A DNA stretch of 64,000 nucleotides from an uncultured Bacilli bacterium (lineage in GTDB: Bacteria > Bacillota_I > Bacilli_A > RFN20 > CAG-288): positions 4,382 to 68,381 of the forward strand of contig CALVXU010000024.1 of NCBI GenBank assembly GCA_944371605.1. Direction: 5' to 3'. Shown here one piece after another: positions 57,098 to 64,000 of the stretch. The notes under the pieces are model-generated. The model was given only the letters and a program-made list of their open reading frames with translations, was not told where the DNA came from and ran no database searches. How positions within the stretch are numbered: position 1 is the stretch's first letter; every line of letters starts with the position of its first letter. The translations under genes were made by a program, and so were the position numbers.

Positions 57098-57859
57098 ATG
57101 AACATAAAATTATTAGTTATATGTCATAAAAAAGCGAATATTCCTCATAGCGAGATTTATTTTCCATTAGAAGTGGGTGCTTTATTAAGAACTGAGCATT
57201 TTCTAGAGAACTTAGATGATTCTGGTGAAAATATTTCTGAGAAGAATCCGAGTTTTTGTGAGCTGACTGGACTTTTTTGGGCGTTTAAGAACTTAGATTA
57301 TGATGTCTTAGGTTTGATGCATTATCGCCGCTTATTTATGAAATCTGCTTTTTGTATAACTAGGAAATTAAATAATGTTATTACTGAAAAACAAATTGAT
57401 AAATATTTAGCATCATATGATATTATTTTGCCTAAGAAACGTCATTATTACATAGAGACTAATTATTCCCATTATATTCATGCTCATAATAAAGAAGCTT
57501 TAGATAAAACAGGGCAAATTATTTTAAAAAACTATCCTGACTACTATGATTCATTTAAAGATCATATGCAAAAAAGATCTGGTCATTATTTCAATATGTT
57601 TATAGCTAAAAAAGAAATTATCAACCCTTTATTAGAGTGGATGTTCGATATTTTATTTAAATTAGAAAAAGAAATTGATTTAAATTGTTATCAAGGCACT
57701 GAGAAACGAGTGTTTGGGTATATCTCTGAATTATTATTTGATGTATACTGTGCGAAGAATAATTTGAAAATTAAAAATCAAAAATATTTGTTTTTTGAAA
57801 AACAAAATTGGGCGAAAAAGATTTTTAATTTCATCAGGAGGAAATTTCAAAAGCAGTGA
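57098..57859 (+). CDS. DUF4422 glycosyltransferase (WciB-like)
   Basis: ICHK, DDSGENISEKNPSFCELTG, GLMHYRR, RVFGYISE. Confidence 0.9.
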   Translation: MNIKLLVICHKKANIPHSEIYFPLEVGALLRTEHFLENLDDSGENISEKNPSFCELTGLFWAFKNLDYDVLGLMHYRRLFMKSAFCITRKLNNVITEKQIDKYLASYDIILPKKRHYYIETNYSHYIHAHNKEALDKTGQIILKNYPDYYDSFKDHMQKRSGHYFNMFIAKKEIINPLLEWMFDILFKLEKEIDLNCYQGTEKRVFGYISELLFDVYCAKNNLKIKNQKYLFFEKQNWAKKIFNFIRRKFQKQ

Positions 57860-58848
57860 ACAAAATAGATGTTACACTTTGTATTGTAAATTATAATAAA
57901 TCACAATATTTACCGCATTTGTTTGAAACATTGTGCAGTCAAACTGATAGTGATTTTCAAGTCCTTTTTGTAGATAACAATTCAACTGATAATTCAATTG
58001 AGATAGTATCTAAATATAAAAATAAGTTAAACTTAACCTTACTTATTGAAAAGAGGCAAGGAGTGCAATTTGCTAGAAATACTGCATTAAAACATGTGAA
58101 AACAGATTATTTCACTTTTGTAGATGCCGATGATGTTATAGCAAAACACTATGTTTCATTTATCAATAATTCTATAGGAAACGCTGATTTGCTGATGTTC
58201 GCCTTCAATACATTTAAACAGCTCGGAGATATAAAAAACGATTTAAATGATGTGCAGAGTTTTGAAATTAAAAAGATTGTCCTAAAAAACAGAATATATT
58301 CATTTCAATCATTAGATGGGATCGAAATGACTTATCTATGGAATAAGGTCTTTAAAAAATCAATTTGTGATACTTTTAATATCTCATTTGATAAAGATGT
58401 CAGCATAGGTGAAGATTGCTTTTTTATTGATAAGTATATGGAGCATGTATCTATAGTTTCTACCTGTCAACAAGCTCTTTATTTTTATAGAAAATCTGAA
58501 GAATCACTGATGAATTGCACTAAAATAACTGATGAAGTTATTGACAGATTTTTATCTGAAACTAAGCGTTGCAAATATATGAATGAACTTTTGGATATCT
58601 CATCAAAAGAATATTTGGAATGGCTAACACATGAGATTTGGATATATAGAAATATTTATCAATTATTGATTCGAAAAGGAGAGATTGAAACTGCTAATAC
58701 TTTCCTCAATGATTACTTGTTTTCTGTTGAGCAAAAATTGAAAAAAAACAAAGTATATTCTTTCTTAAGATTGAAACTAATCATCAAATTAATCGGAAAG
58801 AAAAAATATTTTGGGATTGTTTCTAAAACGCCCCAAAAGAATAGATAA
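57856..58848 (+). CDS. GT2 glycosyltransferase
   Basis: VNYN, VDNNSTDNS, ARNTAL, FVDADD, LWNKVF, GED. Confidence 0.92.
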   Translation: MNKIDVTLCIVNYNKSQYLPHLFETLCSQTDSDFQVLFVDNNSTDNSIEIVSKYKNKLNLTLLIEKRQGVQFARNTALKHVKTDYFTFVDADDVIAKHYVSFINNSIGNADLLMFAFNTFKQLGDIKNDLNDVQSFEIKKIVLKNRIYSFQSLDGIEMTYLWNKVFKKSICDTFNISFDKDVSIGEDCFFIDKYMEHVSIVSTCQQALYFYRKSEESLMNCTKITDEVIDRFLSETKRCKYMNELLDISSKEYLEWLTHEIWIYRNIYQLLIRKGEIETANTFLNDYLFSVEQKLKKNKVYSFLRLKLIIKLIGKKKYFGIVSKTPQKNR

Positions 58849-59992
58849 ATGCATCATTGAAATTATGTAGTCCAAAAGCTCCGACGATGAACAATGCTAA
58901 ATATGATATTAAAATAAGTGATTTATTAATTTTATAATTTTTACTGTTTTTGAGAATAACTGGTACTATTAATATTCCGACACAAGAGAAAATTGACGCT
59001 AATCTATTCATAATCCACCAATTGATTTTTAGAAGCGAAAAACATGCTGAAACAATAATAGAGTAGAATGAGATGCTCTGCGCGGTTGATAACTCTGCGG
59101 TTTTAACTTTATCAACATATAGAATCAGTTGCATGCTATTTGTATTGTTAGAATTTATATTAGACGCAGGCACTAGCAACTGCTTATACACGATATTTTT
59201 GCGGTTATACGAATTTAAAATTAAAACTAAACATATTAATGGGAACATCAAATCAAATAGTGCATTCATCGTCCCCCATGAGGTAAAGAACACACTCGTC
59301 AAGTAGAAGTCATAATTGAGCAGTCTTATTATCGGAACAAGGATATTATCACCCAAAACGAATACAGCAAACGCTCCGCAAGCAATCACTACAAACAGAG
59401 GAATATTTTTCTTAATGAATGGACATAAAACTAATAAAATCAGAACAATATTTATCTTATGGAAGAGAACAGATATGAAACAACCTATTATATAAATAAG
59501 ATAATGCTTTTTCTTTAAACAAGGTATGAACATTAATGCAATTGCAGTACCAAGATATTGTCTCATAAGATTAAAACTTATAAAATAATTAAAAGAAAGT
59601 AAATATAATAATATGGAAAACGACGGATCTGGTGACATTTTAAATATGAAATACAAAACGCCGAAATTGATTATGAAACTTGTCACTAATAACATGAATT
59701 GAGGGCTAGAACTGATTTTATAGCAAACATTAAATAGTAGAGAAAAGCCGAATTCATACCTCACATTAGTGAATGGAAATGATGAATGTCCTATTTCTTC
59801 ATAAGCGTCGATATACATTTGAGTATCAGTACCAACTTCAGCTGATCTTAATCCAGATATCAAAGTTAAAACAATTAAAGAATAACTGAATAACCATGCT
59901 CTGTGATGTCTTGAATTTTTGGTCACTAAAGAAACTATAAAAATAGATAAAATAGTTGCTAGATAAAATAATATTGTTTGTATTAGTGTCAT
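58823..59992 (-). CDS. EpsG-family (Wzy-like) polysaccharide polymerase
   Basis: SGLRSAEVGTDTQMY, EFGF, NLMRQ, FHK; ~10 TMs. Confidence 0.88.
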   Translation of the reverse strand: MTLIQTILFYLATILSIFIVSLVTKNSRHHRAWLFSYSLIVLTLISGLRSAEVGTDTQMYIDAYEEIGHSSFPFTNVRYEFGFSLLFNVCYKISSSPQFMLLVTSFIINFGVLYFIFKMSPDPSFSILLYLLSFNYFISFNLMRQYLGTAIALMFIPCLKKKHYLIYIIGCFISVLFHKINIVLILLVLCPFIKKNIPLFVVIACGAFAVFVLGDNILVPIIRLLNYDFYLTSVFFTSWGTMNALFDLMFPLICLVLILNSYNRKNIVYKQLLVPASNINSNNTNSMQLILYVDKVKTAELSTAQSISFYSIIVSACFSLLKINWWIMNRLASIFSCVGILIVPVILKNSKNYKINKSLILISYLALFIVGAFGLHNFNDAFIYSFGAF

Positions 59993-60033
59993 GCAAAAAT
60001 ATTATACTACAGTACTTTCTATTTGCTTTTAAG

Positions 60034-60969
60034 TTAAGCCATTACTTTAGAGTACAAATAATTTATGAGTGATGTACTTTTCAACTTTTCGATATCGATG
60101 CGCCAATTTAATTTTTGAGGTATAGCTTCTACCTTTTCTAAATGCTTTTCTGACATTTTGCAGTTCAAATGATTCGTTAAATAATAGATATCCTCTGGAG
60201 AGGTGTTGTGCTCGGCAAAGTTTAATATCAAATTATTATCTATTTTATTAGTGGCACAAAGCATCAATGTGATGTCAACTAAAAAATAAGGTTTTTCATG
60301 TAATTCCTCTATGCTTTTAATCATCATCTCTAGAAAACAATTGAATAATATTGATCCTTTATTAGCACCTAATAAAAAAGACGACCAACTGCATGGAGTC
60401 CCCTTATATGAAAAGAAAGCTTTTGTGTTTTGGGTCACTAGTGTGAAGAACTGAAAATCAGTTAGATATTTCGTAAAGTCAATCTTTTTAGGTATATATA
60501 ATGTTGAATCAATCCATATACCGCCGATTTGAGATATACAGGCTGCTCGGACAAGATCGCTAAACATTTGAATTGTTAAATCACTTGTTTCTAGTTTGCT
60601 ATAAATAGAAGCGGGGAGATTAATCAAAGATTTAATGTTATGTTTGTCTATCAATAGAATGTTGTAATCTTTTTCATATAATTTTTTGAGTTGTGTGTAA
60701 CACATTTGAACTATTTTAGGTGCACTTTCAATACCATCATACCAAAAGAAAAATAGATTATTACTAGGTATATATTGAGCTTGTTGTTCAAGATACTTTT
60801 CTAAAATCGGTTTATTTATTTGTTCGCAAATCGGCAAAAGCTTTTCGATTTCTTTAATTGATTTGCTATGTGCTCGATTTCTTTTAGCTATAATGTTTAA
60901 TCCTTTTATTAGACCATAAGTTTGTATATAATTTGCGATTTTATTTAATATGCTCATATTCATCACCAT
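60034..60969 (-). CDS. Capsular polysaccharide synthesis glycosyltransferase (Caps_synth), second copy
   Basis: FFWYDGIESAP, FSDLVR, GGIWIDST, YFLVD, QKLNWR; exact start uncertain among three ATGs. Confidence 0.88.
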   Translation of the reverse strand: MVMNMSILNKIANYIQTYGLIKGLNIIAKRNRAHSKSIKEIEKLLPICEQINKPILEKYLEQQAQYIPSNNLFFFWYDGIESAPKIVQMCYTQLKKLYEKDYNILLIDKHNIKSLINLPASIYSKLETSDLTIQMFSDLVRAACISQIGGIWIDSTLYIPKKIDFTKYLTDFQFFTLVTQNTKAFFSYKGTPCSWSSFLLGANKGSILFNCFLEMMIKSIEELHEKPYFLVDITLMLCATNKIDNNLILNFAEHNTSPEDIYYLTNHLNCKMSEKHLEKVEAIPQKLNWRIDIEKLKSTSLINYLYSKVMA

Positions 60970-60990
60970 TTATTGTAAAATATTATAGCT

Positions 60991-61770
60991 ATGAACGAAC
61001 AAAAGTTAAAAATATTTATTGTCACTCATAAACAGTTTAACAAGCCTGCATACGACTGCTATTATTCTTTAGGTGTTGGTGACAATCAAAATAATATCGT
61101 CACTGATTTTCACGATAACACTGGTGATAATATCACTTCTAAAAACAAAAGTTTTTGTGAATTGACTGCTTTATATTGGATTAATAAAAATATTGATTGC
61201 AAAACAGTTGGACTAGTGCATTATAGAAGATATTTTTATCACCGATATTTAAGTTTATTTAAATATAAATTATATTCAGCTACTGAAATCAACCAAATAT
61301 TGACGAAATTTGATGTGATTCTGCCAGTCCCATCTATTCAAGCAGATAAATCATGGAAAACTGTTTATGAGCATTATTCGCATTTTCATTATAAAAAGGA
61401 TTTGGATGCGACGATTGATGTCATCAAAGATATTTGTCCAGAGTATTATGAAACATGCTTAAAGGTTTTTAATGGTAAACAGATATCATTATGTAATATG
61501 GTGATAACATCAAAAGAGATATTGAGTGAATATTGTGACTTTTTATTTAAAATTTTATTTGAACTTGAAAAGAAGATAGATATCTCAACCTATGATGAAT
61601 ATCAAACGCGCATATATGGTTTTTTAGGTGAATTATTGATCAATGTTTTTTTTGCATATCACAAAGACTATAAGATTAAATATCTACCTATTTGTACTTA
61701 TGATATTTCACCGATAAAAACTTATTTCATGAAATTTTTCGGTTCTATTAGAAGAGCATTAATCAAATGA
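60991..61770 (+). CDS. DUF4422 glycosyltransferase, second copy
   Basis: VTHK, DNTGDNITSKNKSFCELTA, GLVHYRR, RIYGFLGE. Confidence 0.9.
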   Translation: MNEQKLKIFIVTHKQFNKPAYDCYYSLGVGDNQNNIVTDFHDNTGDNITSKNKSFCELTALYWINKNIDCKTVGLVHYRRYFYHRYLSLFKYKLYSATEINQILTKFDVILPVPSIQADKSWKTVYEHYSHFHYKKDLDATIDVIKDICPEYYETCLKVFNGKQISLCNMVITSKEILSEYCDFLFKILFELEKKIDISTYDEYQTRIYGFLGELLINVFFAYHKDYKIKYLPICTYDISPIKTYFMKFFGSIRRALIK

Positions 61771-61788
61771 TTTGAATGGTGAGTTAAA

Positions 61789-62790
61789 ATGATTTCAATT
61801 ATTATTCCTTGTTATAATGCAGAAAAAACTATTATTAGGGCAATCTCTTCTTTAGAGAACACATCTTTTAATGATTATGAAATTATAGTTGTAAATGATG
61901 GGTCTACTGACAATAGTCGTCAACTGATTGAAGATTATAGTAAAACACATCAACGTGTGAAATTGATCAATCAAAAGAATTCAGGTGTGACGATTAGCAT
62001 ATCAAATGGTATAAGACATGCTAGCGGTGAATATCTTACTTTTTTAGATTCTGACGATTTTGTTGATTTTGATTATTTATCACGCGTAAATAATGAATTA
62101 AACGGAAGAGACATTTTAGAACTTAGTTATAGGTTGGTTGATACTGAAGGAAAATTGCTTCAAACAAATATTAAACAAAAACAAGAATTCAACACTCCAG
62201 ATGATATGAAGCAATTGATCAATAAGCTTTATTTCGACAATCATTCATTTTCTGGGTTTAAATATGTTTCCATATATAAATGGACCAAAGTTATCAAAAC
62301 TGATATCGTTTTAAAAATTTTAAATGAATATGAAAAAGAAAACTTCACATTGTATGAGGATATGTGTTTTATCCTATTGAGTGTGGCGAATGCTAGCAGC
62401 TTAAAAATCAGTGATTATTGTGGTGTTAATTATGTGCAGCAAGCTAAGACACATTCAAGGAGCCATCAAACATCATATGAAGATTTGTTAAAATTAAGAC
62501 AGAAGCTCAATAGTTTTTTAGATGTTTATTGTAAGACATATCAGCTCGATAGATCTGTTTTTGATACCATTGATTTTGATGTTTCCAAATTTTATTTTTC
62601 TAGATATATTAAAAGCCACAGCTTTAAAGAATCTAAACTGTTCTTTAAAAATATGAAAAATGATGACGGATATAAATACGGCCAAAAGCTTACTAATCCT
62701 AAAGGTGAATCATTTAAAAGAAAAATTTATTGTTTTTTGCTAAAACATAATTGCTTTTTGCTTATCTATCTTACATTTAAATATTTATAA
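61789..62790 (+). CDS. GT2 glycosyltransferase
   Basis: SIIIPCYNAE, VNDGSTDNS, FLDSDD, YED. Confidence 0.93.
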   Translation: MISIIIPCYNAEKTIIRAISSLENTSFNDYEIIVVNDGSTDNSRQLIEDYSKTHQRVKLINQKNSGVTISISNGIRHASGEYLTFLDSDDFVDFDYLSRVNNELNGRDILELSYRLVDTEGKLLQTNIKQKQEFNTPDDMKQLINKLYFDNHSFSGFKYVSIYKWTKVIKTDIVLKILNEYEKENFTLYEDMCFILLSVANASSLKISDYCGVNYVQQAKTHSRSHQTSYEDLLKLRQKLNSFLDVYCKTYQLDRSVFDTIDFDVSKFYFSRYIKSHSFKESKLFFKNMKNDDGYKYGQKLTNPKGESFKRKIYCFLLKHNCFLLIYLTFKYL

Positions 62791-62796
62791 ATATAA

Positions 62797-63201
62797 TCAA
62801 TAAAACAACCTGTCTAATTCAACAACAGTTGATTTATTTCTATTATGATTTATATAGCTAGCTTTATATACTATTTTTCCTTTTGCGATATCTTCTGGGA
62901 TGCCATCTAAATTAGTTATTTTTTCTAATAATTCTTTGAATGAAGTCTGTGAATCATGAAAAGACTTTGTGACAAAATCTTTGAATATTTGTATGCTACT
63001 ATCTGCATTGTTTTGAGCATCCTTTTCATGTGTTTCTTCTGATTTGTGTTCAGCATCTGAAACGCTGATGATATCGACGATGCTATCAAAAATCGTTTTT
63101 GTCTTTTTTTCGTTGCTGTTGAAATTTGAGACGGCGGTTTGATCAGTCACTTTATTAATTGACATCTGTTTTTGTCTTTGTTCTTTACGCATAGTGTTCA
63201 C
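62797..63201 (-). CDS. Hypothetical protein
   Basis: 134-aa ORF, no recognisable motif, start uncertain. Confidence 0.5.
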   Translation of the reverse strand: MNTMRKEQRQKQMSINKVTDQTAVSNFNSNEKKTKTIFDSIVDIISVSDAEHKSEETHEKDAQNNADSSIQIFKDFVTKSFHDSQTSFKELLEKITNLDGIPEDIAKGKIVYKASYINHNRNKSTVVELDRLFY

Positions 63202-63316
63202 CTTATCCCATGAGATAAATTATTTTATATTTGGCATTAATATTATATTCTTGCTTTTAAATTGTAAAAGCACTTTATCATTAAGATTAATATATGATGA
63301 AATAATTTATTTACTT

Positions 63317-64000
63317 TTATCTTTTTTTATACGTGTTATCTTCATCTAAATCCATCGAAAAATTACATTTTGGATAACGAGAACAACTATAAAATGGTCC
63401 GCGTCTACCAGCTTTTATAACTAATGGCGCCCCGCAACGTGGGCAAGTCATCGAAGCTTTTATCTTATTGATTTTTTCTTTTGCCTTATTTACTAGTTCT
63501 TCGGATGATATTTTATCGCTCAAGTCATGCGTATGTAATATTTCATAGATGTATTTAATATCGTTTGGTGTATAAAGAGGGTATATTTTCTTGTTGTTTA
63601 TATAGCTCGCTAAGTTGTCAATTTTGAGGACGCCATCTGCAAAAACATTTAATTCACCACGTGTGAAAACTACTATCCCATCAAAATAATAGCTGTCATT
63701 GTTTACCACCTCTTTAATAGCTAATAAATGACTATAATTTTGTCTTAATGGATTCATGATATTAGAAACGTTTCTAGTATATGGATTGTGAATAACCCAT
63801 CTAGAGTCATCATATTTGCCATAGATATTTCCGGCATAATTTTTGGTTTCAATGCAGAACAGACCATTGCTTTTTAGAAGAACGTGATCGATTTGATGGT
63901 AATAGCCATCTGTTCTTTTTAAAACAAGACCATTTAGCAAAGCATCTCCCTTTGATAAAAGACCATTCAAGACTTCTTTGACTTTGTTTTCTCCTTGTCT
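63317..64000 (-). CDS. NERD-domain nuclease-related protein with C-terminal topoisomerase-type C4 zinc ribbon; 5' end beyond right edge
   Basis: Frame open to the edge (RQGENKVKEVL); QIDHV, IETKNYAG, NPLRQN; CPRCG...FYSCSRYPKC. Confidence 0.9.
   Translation of the reverse strand, partial: RQGENKVKEVLNGLLSKGDALLNGLVLKRTDGYYHQIDHVLLKSNGLFCIETKNYAGNIYGKYDDSRWVIHNPYTRNVSNIMNPLRQNYSHLLAIKEVVNNDSYYFDGIVVFTRGELNVFADGVLKIDNLASYINNKKIYPLYTPNDIKYIYEILHTHDLSDKISSEELVNKAKEKINKIKASMTCPRCGAPLVIKAGRRGPFYSCSRYPKCNFSMDLDEDNTYKKR

Noticed and set aside
58800-60990. Site-specific invertible segment around the minus-strand wzy/Caps_synth block
   Set aside because: No convincing inverted repeats at the boundaries and no recombinase nearby; the shared AAAATATTATA strings are better explained as -10 elements
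1-64000. CRISPR array, rRNA, intact IS/transposase or prophage genes
   Set aside because: No regularly spaced direct repeats, rRNA-like segments or transposase/phage motifs seen by eye
1-64000. Mycoplasma-type genetic code (TGA = Trp)
   Set aside because: Conserved genes end at TGA at expected lengths (dnaX, recR, holB, ABC ATPase) and Trp is encoded by TGG

Overview
64 kb of AT-rich (roughly 30% GC by eye) bacterial chromosome read with the standard code (TGA used as stop). Gene content suggests a reduced-genome, Mollicutes-like member of the Bacilli, e.g. an uncultured RFN20/RF39-type lineage (inference). Left to right: (1) six large acidic surface lipoproteins in two divergent three-gene operons (1-12890); (2) dnaX-ybaB-recR-tmk-holB-ricT-rsmI; (3) rpsL-rpsG-fusA-tuf, whose products carry substitutions at classic streptomycin, fusidic-acid and GE2270A resistance positions; (4) two MacB-like ATPase-permease fusions divergent from a Sir2-like NADase + RDD + RDD operon; (5) the main candidate system, a 13.6-kb nine-gene operon that looks like an extracellular nucleic-acid foraging machine: membrane protein, ABC ATPase with a ~274-aa insert of three ACT-like repeats, two permeases, two binding lipoproteins, an intact thermonuclease lipoprotein, a Zn-ribbon membrane protein and a non-catalytic multi-OB-fold lipoprotein; (6) tRNA-Ser(GCT) followed by a decaying accessory region (possible integrase scar, frameshifted MerR with an intact 19-bp-spacer target promoter, SirTM relic); (7) a mosaic Wzx/Wzy polysaccharide locus and a NERD nuclease running off the right edge. 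All family calls are motif recognition by eye; no database search was run.
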